Origin: a bacterium
GTDB taxonomy: Bacteria > UBA8248 > JACPRG01 > G963555815
Direction: 5' to 3'
Assembly: GCA_965261595.1 (NCBI GenBank)
Contig: CBDHDG010000005.1
Coordinates: forward strand, 864,001 to 928,000
DNA length: 64,000 bases
Shown here in pieces: positions 11,911 to 22,328 of the stretch. Position numbers and translations under genes: made by a program. The notes under the pieces were generated by a model, which saw only the letters and a list, made by a program, of their open reading frames with translations, was not told the DNA's origin and did not search any database. How positions within the stretch are numbered: the stretch's first letter is position 1; every line of letters starts with the position of its first letter.

Positions 11911-12912
11911 TTACTTCATGATTTTCTTCCCCAGGAAGGGCACCTTGAGCTTGCCGCTCTTGATGTCCCTTTGGGCCGCCTGGACCCGCTGGGCGACCTT
12001 CGGGGGCACCTTATTGTTGAACGGCGCCATCGCCGCGCCGCCGTCCGGAATATTCACCAGATATTGCTTTTTGACCTTCCCCTTCTTCATGTCGAGGACG
12101 ATCTTCTTCATGGCGGCGTGCCAGATGAACAGCGTACTGCTGAGGATGGTGTCGGGGGCCATCCGGTTCAGGTCCATGTACGTCCCGATGGCGTACTTGC
12201 CTTTTTCCTCGGCACCCTTGATCCCGCCGAATCCCATGGGACTGGCGGTCACTTTGACGACATCCACGCCCTGGTCGATCATGGCGATCGCGGCCTCTTT
12301 CGCCTTGGAGGCGTCCATCCAGTCGTTGATGAAGATGGACGACACCTTGACTTTGGGATTGATGCTTCGGGCGCCCAGGATGTAGCCGTTGTGCTCGGCG
12401 ATCTGCTGTGGAATGGGGAACCCGCCGATCACGCCGATCTTATTGGTCTTGCTCATGAGCGTGGCCAGCATGCCGCTCAGGTAACCCGTCTCGTGCGACT
12501 CGACCAGATAGGTGATCACGTTGGGGCGGCCCTTGGTTTGGAAGAAGCCGGCCACCGCGAAAATGGTGTCGGGGAAATCCTTGGCCACTTTCATGGCGGG
12601 CGCGCCCCACTCATAGCCATGCCCGAAAATTAGGTTATACCCGGCGACGGCCCAGCGTCGAAGCGCCCGCTCCATGTCGGCGATCTTGACGCGCTCCTGG
12701 GTGCTGACCTCCTCCACGCCGGGGTCCTTCTTCAGCATCAGCGCCCCCCGGTATCCCCCCTCGTACCAGCCCAGATCGTTTTGCGGGCCGTCGTTGCCCA
12801 GGGCGACGCGAATCTTCTTGGCCCCCGCGGCGGGGCCGGCCAGGAGACCGGCGGCGAGCGCAACAGCCAAGAAACACACCGCAAACATTCTCAAAACCTT
12901 TCGATGGATCAT
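11911..12912 (-). CDS. BMP-family ABC transporter substrate-binding protein (purine/nucleoside type)
   Basis: Signal peptide, GYNLIFGHGYEW, YLSGMLA...SKTNKIGVIGG; last gene of the ABC operon. Confidence 0.9.
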   Translation of the reverse strand: MIHRKVLRMFAVCFLAVALAAGLLAGPAAGAKKIRVALGNDGPQNDLGWYEGGYRGALMLKKDPGVEEVSTQERVKIADMERALRRWAVAGYNLIFGHGYEWGAPAMKVAKDFPDTIFAVAGFFQTKGRPNVITYLVESHETGYLSGMLATLMSKTNKIGVIGGFPIPQQIAEHNGYILGARSINPKVKVSSIFINDWMDASKAKEAAIAMIDQGVDVVKVTASPMGFGGIKGAEEKGKYAIGTYMDLNRMAPDTILSSTLFIWHAAMKKIVLDMKKGKVKKQYLVNIPDGGAAMAPFNNKVPPKVAQRVQAAQRDIKSGKLKVPFLGKKIMK

Positions 12913-13000
12913 GTTTCCCTCCATTTCGGTTCAGTCGTTCCCAAGCGTTCACCGGAGAACGAGGTGCGGATGAGGAACTTCCCTCCACCCGTAAAACGTT

Positions 13001-13936
13001 TCACTTCTCTCCACGGACATAGGGGATGCAGAGCGCCGCCGGCAGGCGGGCGTTCCGGGAGACGCTCATGAGCGCCAGGATGGTGGCGATGTATGGCAGC
13101 ATGGACAGGATCTGAAACGGCAGCGCGACCCCCGCCGCCTGGAACCGGAGCTGGAGGGCGTCCATCGCGCCGAACAGCAAGGCGCCGGCCAGCGCACGGT
13201 ACGGGCTCCAGCGGCCGAAGACGACGCAGGCGATGGCGATCCAGCCTCGGCCCACGGTCATTTCCTCGACAAACAGGTTGATGTGGCCCAGGGTCAGGAA
13301 GGCCCCGCCGATGCTGGCCATCATTCCGCCGATGACCACGCACAGATACCGCACCGCCGGGACGCTGACGCCCACGTTGTCCGGGGCCTCGGGGTTTTCC
13401 CCCGCGGCGCGCACCTTCAGACCGAAATGCGTCCGGAACAGGAAAAAACCCGCCACTGGTACCAGGAGGAGCGCGCCGTAGACCATCATGTTCTGCTGGA
13501 ACAGGACCTCCCCCACGAACGGGATGGAGCTCAGGTAAGGAATGGGGGCGGCGGCGAATCCCTTGACCTTCAGCGTGAAGGGGAGGCGGCCGTAGATCAG
13601 CCGGAACATGAAGGCCGACAGGCCCATGAAGACGATGTTGGCGGCGAGCCCGGCCACAATCTGATCGAGGCGGAGGCTGATGTACAAGACCCCCATGACC
13701 AGCCCCAGCAGGATTCCGGTTCCCGCCGCCGCCGCCAGACCCCACCAGCCGCTCTTGGCCTGGTCCGCCGCCCAGTACGCCATGAAGGCCCCCATCAGCA
13801 TCTGTCCCTCGACGGCGAGGTTCAGCACGCCGGAGCGCTCCGAGTAAATCTCGCCCAACGCCCCCAGGATGAGGGGCGTCGCCATCCGGACGGCCGCGGC
13901 CAGGAAGGCGGCGATCATAGCGGATTCAAGCCACAT
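13001..13936 (-). CDS. Nucleoside/sugar ABC transporter permease 2
   Basis: ATPLILGALGEIYSERSGVLNLAVEG, RAAGENP, GRGWIAIA and MLPY motifs. Confidence 0.93.
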   Translation of the reverse strand: MWLESAMIAAFLAAAVRMATPLILGALGEIYSERSGVLNLAVEGQMLMGAFMAYWAADQAKSGWWGLAAAAGTGILLGLVMGVLYISLRLDQIVAGLAANIVFMGLSAFMFRLIYGRLPFTLKVKGFAAAPIPYLSSIPFVGEVLFQQNMMVYGALLLVPVAGFFLFRTHFGLKVRAAGENPEAPDNVGVSVPAVRYLCVVIGGMMASIGGAFLTLGHINLFVEEMTVGRGWIAIACVVFGRWSPYRALAGALLFGAMDALQLRFQAAGVALPFQILSMLPYIATILALMSVSRNARLPAALCIPYVRGEK

Positions 13937-14981
13937 TTAAAAACCTCCGGCGCAGGTAAGCCCGGATCACCGGGTAATAACCGCTGGCGAGAATGGACAG
14001 GACCGACAGGCCCACTAGCATGTCCGCCAGAGTGGCCGGCACCCGGGCGACCCGTTGCATGTTGTCCACCCCGACGAGAAGCGCCGCCACGAACACCGCC
14101 GCCGCCACAATGCCCCCCGGATGGAGCCTTCCCATCAGGGCCACCATGATGGCCGTATAGCCGTAGCCCGGCGAGATCTTCTCAATCAACCGGTAATGCA
14201 CCCCGGTCACCTCGCCCATGCCTGCCAACCCGGCCAGGCCCCCGCTGATGAACAGCGACAGGATGATGTACCTCGTGATGGGAATGCCCCCGATCCGCGC
14301 GGCCTCCGCGTTGTCCCCCACCGCCCGGATGCGGTAGCCCAAAACCGTTCGGAACATCAAGAAGTACAGGATGACCGCCGCCGCTAAACCCAGGAGAATG
14401 CCGGCGTGCAGCCGGCTTCCGGGAAGAACGAGGGCCAGTTGGGCCGTCTCCGGAAGGTAATCGGACTCCGGGTAAAACTGCTTGGGTCCCTTCAAGGGTC
14501 CGTGGAGAAGATAGCTCACGAAGAAAAAGGCCACGTAGTTCATCATCAGGGTGGAGATGATCTCGTTGACGCCGAATTTTTCTCTGATCAGACCGGCCAA
14601 AGCCCCCCAGAGCCCGCCGCCGAGGAAGCCCGCGAGGATGCAAAGCGGGATGAGGACCGAGGCGGGAAGCGACCGCAGGCCCAGGGCCATGACCGTCGAG
14701 GCCAGGGCGCCCATGTAGAGTTGACCCTCCGCGCCGATGTTCCACACCTGCGCCCGAAAGGCCACCGACACCCCGAGCGCCGCCAGGAGAAGGGGTGCCG
14801 ACTTCAGCAGCGTCTCGCCGATGCTGTTCAGGCCGCCGAACGCCCCGTCGAAGAACGCCGCGCCGGCCGTGACTGGCGACACCCCGATGGCCATCACCAG
14901 CAAGGCCCCGAGCACCATCACAAATCCGATGGCGGCGAGTTGGGGAAGGATTTCGGAAAGGATTCGGCGTGGCTCGGCCAT
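13926..14981 (-). CDS. Nucleoside/sugar ABC transporter permease 1
   Basis: WNIGAEGQ, NEIISTLMMNY and GYTAIMVALMGRLHP motifs. Confidence 0.93.
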   Translation of the reverse strand: MAEPRRILSEILPQLAAIGFVMVLGALLVMAIGVSPVTAGAAFFDGAFGGLNSIGETLLKSAPLLLAALGVSVAFRAQVWNIGAEGQLYMGALASTVMALGLRSLPASVLIPLCILAGFLGGGLWGALAGLIREKFGVNEIISTLMMNYVAFFFVSYLLHGPLKGPKQFYPESDYLPETAQLALVLPGSRLHAGILLGLAAAVILYFLMFRTVLGYRIRAVGDNAEAARIGGIPITRYIILSLFISGGLAGLAGMGEVTGVHYRLIEKISPGYGYTAIMVALMGRLHPGGIVAAAVFVAALLVGVDNMQRVARVPATLADMLVGLSVLSILASGYYPVIRAYLRRRFLNVA

Positions 14982-14982
14982 T

Positions 14983-16530
14983 TCAGTCTCCCTTCCCGGT
15001 CCGGGGGGCCGCCGAGGCGTCTATCGAGCCTCCCATCAGCATGCCCACCTCGTTGGGGTCGGCGTCCCGCCCGTCCAACACGCCTCGAATTTCCCCCTCG
15101 TACATGACGGCGATCCGGTCGCTGAGCCGGAGGATTTCATCCAACTCGGTCGAGATCAACAGCACGGCCCGGCCGCGCGAGCGCTGTTCGACCAGCCGCC
15201 GGTGCACGGTGTCGATGGCCGCCACGTCCAGGCCCTTCGTGGGCTGCGACGCCACGATCACCGACGCTTCCCGGGAGAGCTCGCGGGCGAGGAGAAGACG
15301 CTGTTGGTTCCCGCCGGACAGGAGCTTCACGGGTGCCCGGGGTCCCGGACATCGCACGTCGAACTCGTGGATGAGCTTTTCCGTGTATGACTGGATGACC
15401 CGGGCGTTCAGGAAGTAGGCCCGCGAGAAGGGAGAGGACGCGTGGGATTGCAGGATGGCGCTCTCGGCCAGGCTGAGGCTGGGAAACAGACCCTGGCGGA
15501 CGGCCTCTTCCGGGATGTATGCCAGCCGCTTCCGTGCGCCCCGGCCGATGGGCAGATTCATGACGTCCTGCCCGTCCACGCGGACCCGGCCCTCGGTGAT
15601 CGCCCTCGCGCCCACGACCACCTCGGCCAGCTCGAGCTGGCCGTTGCCGGCCACCCCGGCCACGCCCACGATCTCCCCGGCGTGGACGTTGAGAGAGACG
15701 CCCTTCAGAGCGGGAAGTCCATGGTCTCCCAGGGCGGAGACCTCCTTCAGCTCCAGCAGGGGCGGTCCGGCCGCCGACTCCGGCTTCTCGAAGTCGAACT
15801 TGAACTCCCGCCCCAACATCATCCGCACCAACTCCTCCTTGGAGGTTTGGCGGGTCGAAACCGTGCCGACCACGCGGCCCGCCCGGAGGACGGTGACGCG
15901 GTCGGAAGAGGCCATCACCTCCTCCAGTTTGTGGGTGATGAAAATGATGGTGAGGCCCTTGGCCGTCATGGCCCGCAGGATCTCGAACAGCTCCCGGGCC
16001 TCCTGCGGAGTGAGGACCGATGTGGGCTCATCGAGGATCAGGATGTCGGCCTTGCGGTGCAGGGCCTTGAGGATCTCCACCCGTTGCTGTTCGCCGATGG
16101 AGAGCTGCCAGACGTAGGCGTCGGGGTCGGTCCAGAGGTGGAAGCGCTCCGCCAGGCCGCGAATCTCATCCGCCACGGCATCCAGCCCCAGGAGCCCAAA
16201 ACCCCGCGACGGGAGGCCCAGCGCAATGTTCTCGACCACCTTCAACGTCGGAACCAGGACGAAATGCTGGTGGACGAACCCGATACCGGCCGCCAGGGCA
16301 TCCCGGGGAGATCGGATGTCCACCTCCCGGCCTTTGATGAAGACGCGGCCCGCCTCCCGCCGAAGAAGCCCGTAGAGGACGTTCATCAAGGTGGACTTGC
16401 CCGCGCCGTTTTCCCCCAACAGGGCGTGGATCTCCCCCTGTTCGACCTCGAAGTCGATGCCGTCGTTGGCCACGACGCCGACAAACCGCTTGGTGATCCC
16501 TTCGAGTCTCAGCAGAGGTTCTGAATTCAT
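14983..16530 (-). CDS. Nucleoside/sugar ABC transporter ATP-binding protein (two ATPase domains)
   Basis: GENGAGKST, LSIGEQQRVE, LDEPT and LSGGNQQ motifs; start 16530 or 16542. Confidence 0.94.
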   Translation of the reverse strand: MNSEPLLRLEGITKRFVGVVANDGIDFEVEQGEIHALLGENGAGKSTLMNVLYGLLRREAGRVFIKGREVDIRSPRDALAAGIGFVHQHFVLVPTLKVVENIALGLPSRGFGLLGLDAVADEIRGLAERFHLWTDPDAYVWQLSIGEQQRVEILKALHRKADILILDEPTSVLTPQEARELFEILRAMTAKGLTIIFITHKLEEVMASSDRVTVLRAGRVVGTVSTRQTSKEELVRMMLGREFKFDFEKPESAAGPPLLELKEVSALGDHGLPALKGVSLNVHAGEIVGVAGVAGNGQLELAEVVVGARAITEGRVRVDGQDVMNLPIGRGARKRLAYIPEEAVRQGLFPSLSLAESAILQSHASSPFSRAYFLNARVIQSYTEKLIHEFDVRCPGPRAPVKLLSGGNQQRLLLARELSREASVIVASQPTKGLDVAAIDTVHRRLVEQRSRGRAVLLISTELDEILRLSDRIAVMYEGEIRGVLDGRDADPNEVGMLMGGSIDASAAPRTGKGD

Positions 16531-16623
16531 GATCCGGTCCAAGGGGGCCGCCGGAGGACGGCGGGCGGCCCTATCGAGAATCCGGCGGCGGCCCGGGACG
16601 GGTCTTGGGCGCGCCGGGACAGC

Positions 16624-17292
16624 CTAGTCATTTATCGCCTCTATGATTTCATCGCAGCTCATGATGAGAGCGTACCCCCGGCGAAGGGTCTGAAGCTCCG
16701 CCTCGTGGAGTTGCGGGTCGTCCGTGGCGTTGATGTCGGACCCGAAAACGACCCGGTAGCCCCGGAAGAACGCGTCCCGCGCCGAGGCGCCGCAACAGTA
16801 GTTGGTCATGGTCCCGCAGATGATGACGGTGTCGCGCCCCATGCCCTTCAGGGTGTGGTCCAGGTTGGTGTTGTAAAAGGCGTTATACGTCTGCTTGGTG
16901 ATGATGACATCTTCGGGCCGGGGGGCGAGGTCCTCGAAGATGTCCACCTCCCGGAACAGCTCGGTCATGCCCGCCCGGGCCATGCCCATGGGCACCTCGG
17001 GGATCAGGCCCGCGTCGTACCCCTTCGGGTGATAGATGCAGCAGGTGTAAATAATGGGGATGCCCTGCTCGCGGCAGGTTTCGATCAGAAGCTTGATTTT
17101 GGGAACTTGTCGATACGCGTCGGGAATCCAGTGGACGGAATACTCCGGCTTGACGAACTCATCCTCCATGTCGATGATGATGAGGGCCATGCGCGCGGGA
17201 TCGATTCCCCAGACGGCCCTTCCTTCCGTATATTGCCTCCGGGCCCCTTTCAGAACTTCCTCTTCCGTATACCGCTTCGCTGATGATGTCAT
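16624..17292 (-). CDS. Isochorismatase-like cysteine hydrolase
   Basis: ALIIIDMEDEF, KQTYNAF and GTMTNYCCGASARDA motifs. Confidence 0.9.
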   Translation of the reverse strand: MTSSAKRYTEEEVLKGARRQYTEGRAVWGIDPARMALIIIDMEDEFVKPEYSVHWIPDAYRQVPKIKLLIETCREQGIPIIYTCCIYHPKGYDAGLIPEVPMGMARAGMTELFREVDIFEDLAPRPEDVIITKQTYNAFYNTNLDHTLKGMGRDTVIICGTMTNYCCGASARDAFFRGYRVVFGSDINATDDPQLHEAELQTLRRGYALIMSCDEIIEAIND

Positions 17293-17777
17293 GCGCGCTC
17301 GCACCCCTCCGCTGGTTTTCTTCCCAATGAAATCATCCCCGCACCGTATAGGCGGCCGGGTTGTATCGCGCCATGAGGCTGGCTGGGTCGGTCACTTCGC
17401 CGAGCCGTGTCATGTCGGCTCCGAACCGGCGTTCGCATGAATGGCTCCCATCACCTCTCTCATGCCCGACCTTCCCTTCCCGGAAGGGCTCTTTCAGGGA
17501 AAGGGTCTCATGGCGTTGGATTTGCGAGCTGGACCAAGCTAGCAAGAGAGCCGATGTCTGTCAATGAGACCCTCGTCGACAAAAGACAATTCGTCTATGC
17601 GATTCTCCTCGATTTTCCATTCTCGAAACCAAGCCAGGCCCTTGTCTCTCACAATCATTTTGGTCCGCGCCGGACGCGCGTTGGTGGTGCGGGTTTTTCG
17701 CGCTCGCTTACATGAAGTTCGGGCGGTTGTTGATTGGCGCGGCAAAATTGGGGTCACTGGTAGGTGCGCACAAACTG

Positions 17778-19158
17778 TTATTCCGGCCGGCCGCCTCGCT
17801 TCCGTATCATCTCCAAGGGATCGGGGACGCGGTCGAGGCCCGGGTGGAAAGGCACTTCCGGGAACGGTTCCCCGAAGGGCCGGGTGGCGTCGATCCCCAT
17901 CGCCGATCCCAACTGCCCATCGGGTTTCGAGGGGTCCAGGTTGGCCGTGGGGTAGTTGGGGATGATGATCACGTCCTCCGCCGGCCGGGCCCGGGTGGCG
18001 ATGGCCCACAGGACCTGGGAATGGTCGAAGACGTCGATGTCCTCGTCGCACACGACAACGTATTTGAGGGGCTTCTCGCTCCCGATGGCGGCCATCAGAA
18101 CCTTTCGGCCTTCGCCCAGAAAGGTCTGCTGAACGCTGATGAAGATGATGAACGCGCAACAGCCCGCCCCGGTGGCGTGGACGCTTTTCAGGCCCGGAAA
18201 GCTCGGTTTCAGATGCCGGTGCAAGGCGGTCTCGCTCGGGATCTGCTTGAGAAAGTGGTGTTCGGTCATGGGGCGTCCGGTCAGGCAGGCGTGGAAGATC
18301 GGGTTCCGCCGGTGGGTGACGGCGGTCACCTCGACCACCGGCTGCATCGACGCCGGGCCGTAATACCCCGTGTATTCGGCGAAAGGACCCTCGTGCTCCC
18401 GGCGGTGGGGGAGGATCCGGCCCTCGATGACGATTTCCGTTGTCGCGGGCGCCTCCAGGTCCACGGTCCGGCACTTCACCACGTCCAGGGGTTTGCCCCG
18501 CAGGCCGCCGGCGATCTCCAGCTCATCTTCCCCGTAGGCGGACGACACCTGCGTGGCGAGGGTCACCACCGGGTCGCAACCCATGGCCACGGCGATCTCC
18601 AGAGGCTTGCCCATGGCCTCCGCCTTGGCGAATTGGCGGGAAATATCCTGGTATCCCGGAAGGATAGACGTTCAGCTCGCGTTTTCCGCGGAACTGCATC
18701 CTGTACATCGATGCGTTCTTCGAGCCGTCCTCGGGGTCTTTGCTGATTTGAATACCGTGGGTGATGAAGGCGCCGCCGTCCTTCTCGGCGTAGGTGGGGA
18801 TGGGCAGGTGGGTGAGGTCCACCTCGTCCCCTTTCATGATCACCTCCTGGCAGGGACCTGTCTCGACCAGCCGGGGAGGGATTGGATGGCCCACTCCGTG
18901 GTCGAACCGTTCGTAAACGTTTTCGGAATCGACCTCCAGGGCCATGAGGAGCCTGCGCCGGCAGCCGAGGATTCCTCCAACGACCGGCATGTCGTATCCC
19001 TTCACGTTTTCGAAAAGGAGGGCCGGCCCCTCCTGATCCGCGGACTTTCGGATGTAGGCGGAAATTCCGAACTTCGGATCCACTTCCTCGGAGATGCGCA
19101 GGAGTTCGTTCCGATTCTCGAGGGATTCCATGAATTCCCGCGGATCGTCGAAAGGTAT
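17778..19158 (-). pseudogene. UbiD-family decarboxylase, frameshifted
   Basis: ORFs 18523-19131 and 17778-18614 join if one G near 18657 is removed (NVYPSGYQDISRQF). SMYRMQ and EGPFAEYTGYY motifs present. The expected start behind the G-rich RBS reads ATA (19158). Confidence 0.85.
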
Positions 19159-19328
19159 GTGGATTCCCCCCCCTTCGTGCCGTGATGATGGCGCGCCCTA
19201 AAAAAGGAATCGGGGAGGCACCCGCACGATGTTCAACATCGCGGGGCGTTTCCTCCCCGATCGCGACCGGTTTCAGATTTTACATCTTCGCCGAAACCGC
19301 TTCCCGCCGGCCTCGGACGTTCACCGCG

Positions 19329-20354
19329 TTACATGCCTCGAACCGGGAACACGCCCACGAAGTCATTGGTGTAGATCTCATCGACGCTGGGCTTCCGCTT
19401 CATCTTCTTGTACTTGTACATGGTGTCGATGGTGTTCTGCATTTTCTCCCGAAGCATGAAGCCGATCCCGGTCCTCTTCGTATTCTTGGTCAGCAGGACG
19501 TCTATGCCGACGTCGAAGTGGCCCCGTGCCACGTCACGCGAGACCGTCGGGTTCTTCTTGATGAAGCTCCCCACGGCCTTTGCGGGATTCTTCACCGACC
19601 AGTTGAATGCCTCCAGGGAGGCGATGACAAACCGCCGAGTACGATTCGGCTTGTTCTTGATGGTGTCCTCGTGGGCAATGATCCCGTTGGAATAGATATC
19701 CACCCCATAATCGGAGTAGTTGAACATCCCGACGGGTTTGCCAAGCTTCTTGGCCATCTTGAAGACGGTGGGATTCCGGGTGCGGTAGCTCGGGACCGCG
19801 TCCACCTTCTCGGCAAACAGGCTTGGGTCCTGGGCCGAGGCCTCCATGTTCACCCAGATGACTTTGCTGGGATCGAAGCCGGCGGCGGCGGCCATGGCGG
19901 GAAAGACGATCTTGGAGGAGTTCATCGGGGCGGACCCGATCTTCCTTCCCTCCAGGTCCTTCGGGGTCTTGATCCCCGACTTTTTCAAAAAGACGATGTT
20001 GAACAGGTTGTTGTGGTGAATCATGGCGATGAGCTTCACGCGCAAATCCGGGTTATTGGCCCTGCCAATAATCAAGGTCCCCGCGTCGGCATGGCCGTAC
20101 TCAGCCCCTTTCGCGCCAATGGTCTTGACCGCAAGGCCCGATCCCTTTCCGGGGATGATCTGCACGTCGAGACCGTACTTTTTGTAGATCCCGTACTCCA
20201 CCCCAGCGAAGAACTGGGCATGTTTTCCGTAGGGAACCCAGTCGAGGAAGAAATCTATCTTCTCGGCGGCCAAAGCACCGGACACCATCCCCCCAAGGGC
20301 CATCACCGCGCCTATGAGAACCGACACAAACGCGAAGCGAATTTTTCTTGCCAT
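19329..20354 (-). CDS. ABC transporter substrate-binding protein, NMT1/THI5 family
   Basis: Signal peptide, LDWVPYGKHA, GLDVQIIPGKGS and IKTPKDLEGRKIG; RBS GAGGAG. Confidence 0.9.
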   Translation of the reverse strand: MARKIRFAFVSVLIGAVMALGGMVSGALAAEKIDFFLDWVPYGKHAQFFAGVEYGIYKKYGLDVQIIPGKGSGLAVKTIGAKGAEYGHADAGTLIIGRANNPDLRVKLIAMIHHNNLFNIVFLKKSGIKTPKDLEGRKIGSAPMNSSKIVFPAMAAAAGFDPSKVIWVNMEASAQDPSLFAEKVDAVPSYRTRNPTVFKMAKKLGKPVGMFNYSDYGVDIYSNGIIAHEDTIKNKPNRTRRFVIASLEAFNWSVKNPAKAVGSFIKKNPTVSRDVARGHFDVGIDVLLTKNTKRTGIGFMLREKMQNTIDTMYKYKKMKRKPSVDEIYTNDFVGVFPVRGM

Positions 20355-20637
20355 GAATGCAACCCTCCTCAGGTTAACTTGCGCGGCAGACAACCTCATG
20401 TCGGGTTACCCCCCCGCCATTCCGGGACATCGTCTCACCCACATCCGGTGGGTTGAGTCGAGGCGCTTCCAGCGCCGCCGGATTGTGGAGAACCTTCTCA
20501 ATGGTATGCTCTTCCATTGGGAGGGATCCCCACCCAATTCCGGAGGTGAAACGAAACATCCGCTCGACCTCACGGCAACGTCATCTATCAAAGGCAAACG
20601 TATTTTGGCAGATGATGACATCCATAATCAACCCTTT

Positions 20638-22308
20638 TCAGTGTAATTTGTCCAGGACGGGTCCGCCGAAGGGTGCGGCGTATGGGCCGATGGCCTCCAT
20701 GTCCACCTCGACCATGCTCGGTTTGCCCGCCTCCAGGGCGGCGCGCAGCCCGGGCCCGAACGCCGCGGGCGCGTCCACGTGGAACGCCTCGAAACCGAAG
20801 GTTTCCGCCAGCCGCGTCAAGCCGGGCGCCTGAAGGTCCACACCGAAGACGCGGCCCCCATAGCCGACTTTCTGGATGTTCCGGATGACCCCGTATCCCC
20901 GGTCATTGAATACGAGAAGGACCAGCGACAGGTTTTCCTGCGCGGCGGTGGCCATCTCCCCGACGTTCACGAACAGTCCGCCGTCCCCGCACAGGACGAC
21001 CACCTGCCTGTCCGGCGCGGCCGCCTTTGCCCCGATGCCCATCGCAAGGCCCTGGCCGATGCCCCCTCCGGCGGCGTGCGCGGACGAGCGCGGCCCGTAA
21101 ATCTCGAACAGCCGGTTTCCCCACGTGCTGTTGGAGATGGTGACGTCCCGGACGAAGACGGCGTCGCGCTCCAACGTCTCCCGCAGGGTGTCCACCATCT
21201 CCGCGTACGGCCCCAAGGTCTCCCGCAGCGCCTTTCGGGCCCGGTCCCTCGCTTCACCGACGAGGGAGGCGAACGCCGGATTTTGGTTGGAGCGCCCCGA
21301 GAGGCGCTCCAGGATGCGCTCCAGACTCCGCCGCGCGTCTCCCCGGACAAAATGGGACGCGGGATAATTTCGGTTCCGGGCCGCGGGGTCGGCGTCGAGG
21401 GTCAGAAGATTCTCCGGGAAGGGCAGGGTCCAGTTCTTCGTCTCGTGGCCGCGCGGGTGCGAGCCGATCAGGATCATCAAATCGCATTCCGAATACAGGG
21501 GAAGGACCTCTTTCGAGTGGCCGAAGTTGCCGATGCAAAGGGGGTGATCCTCCGGGAGGACGCCCCGCCCACACGCGCTGGTCATCACGCCCGCCGTCCG
21601 GAGCTCCGCCAAGGCCTGAAGCATTTTTCCCGCGCCGGACCCGAGGGCGCCCCCGCCCGCCCAGATGAGGGGCCGCTTCGCCGCCAGGATGCATTCGGCG
21701 GCCCGGCTGACCGCCTCCTCATCCGGTTCCGGAGCCGAAACCCGCGAGTTCCACGCCGCGTCCCATCCGTCCGGGACGGGGGCCTTCTGGATATCGATGG
21801 GGATCTCGACGCTCACGGGTCCGGCCGGGGGGGTCCAGGCCTCCCGGTGGGCGTTTCGCAAGATGTCGACGAGCGCGGCGGAAGACAAGACCCGATAGGT
21901 CCGCTTCGAGACGCTCGTGAGCATCCCGAGCTGATCCTTCGTCTCGTGCAGATAGCCCTTGGCCGCGTCCAGGTAAGGGGTTTCGATCTGGCCGGTCAGG
22001 TGAAGCAGGGGGGTCCCGGCCGTCAGGGCCTCCACCAGGGCCCCCGCCGCGTTCCCCGCTCCGGGGCCGGTGGAGGTCACGACGACGCCCAACCCCCCCG
22101 ATATCCGGGCGTAGGCGTCCGCCATGTTGACGGCCCCCGCCTCGCTCCGGGCGGGGACGTAGCGAATCCGCCCGGAACGCTCGATCGCGTCCAGGATGGG
22201 CAGGTTGTGGACGCTGATGACGCCGAAGACGCACCGGACGCCGCAGGCGTCCAGGAAGCTTTCAACGATATCGCCGCCGGATGGGAAGTCTTGTCGAGTG
22301 TCGTCCAT
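20638..22308 (-). CDS. Thiamine-pyrophosphate-binding enzyme (acetolactate synthase-like decarboxylase)
   Basis: FGVISVHNLP, RSEAGAVNMAD, TSTGPGAGN and GDGG...FND motifs. Confidence 0.92.
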   Translation of the reverse strand: MDDTRQDFPSGGDIVESFLDACGVRCVFGVISVHNLPILDAIERSGRIRYVPARSEAGAVNMADAYARISGGLGVVVTSTGPGAGNAAGALVEALTAGTPLLHLTGQIETPYLDAAKGYLHETKDQLGMLTSVSKRTYRVLSSAALVDILRNAHREAWTPPAGPVSVEIPIDIQKAPVPDGWDAAWNSRVSAPEPDEEAVSRAAECILAAKRPLIWAGGGALGSGAGKMLQALAELRTAGVMTSACGRGVLPEDHPLCIGNFGHSKEVLPLYSECDLMILIGSHPRGHETKNWTLPFPENLLTLDADPAARNRNYPASHFVRGDARRSLERILERLSGRSNQNPAFASLVGEARDRARKALRETLGPYAEMVDTLRETLERDAVFVRDVTISNSTWGNRLFEIYGPRSSAHAAGGGIGQGLAMGIGAKAAAPDRQVVVLCGDGGLFVNVGEMATAAQENLSLVLLVFNDRGYGVIRNIQKVGYGGRVFGVDLQAPGLTRLAETFGFEAFHVDAPAAFGPGLRAALEAGKPSMVEVDMEAIGPYAAPFGGPVLDKLH

Positions 22309-22328
22309 AATTTCCGGGAGGGCGAGCG

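Noticed and set aside
20355..20637. TPP riboswitch upstream of the THI5-like gene
   Set aside because: No CTGAGA/ACCTG-type conserved core found by eye; an Rfam scan would be decisive.
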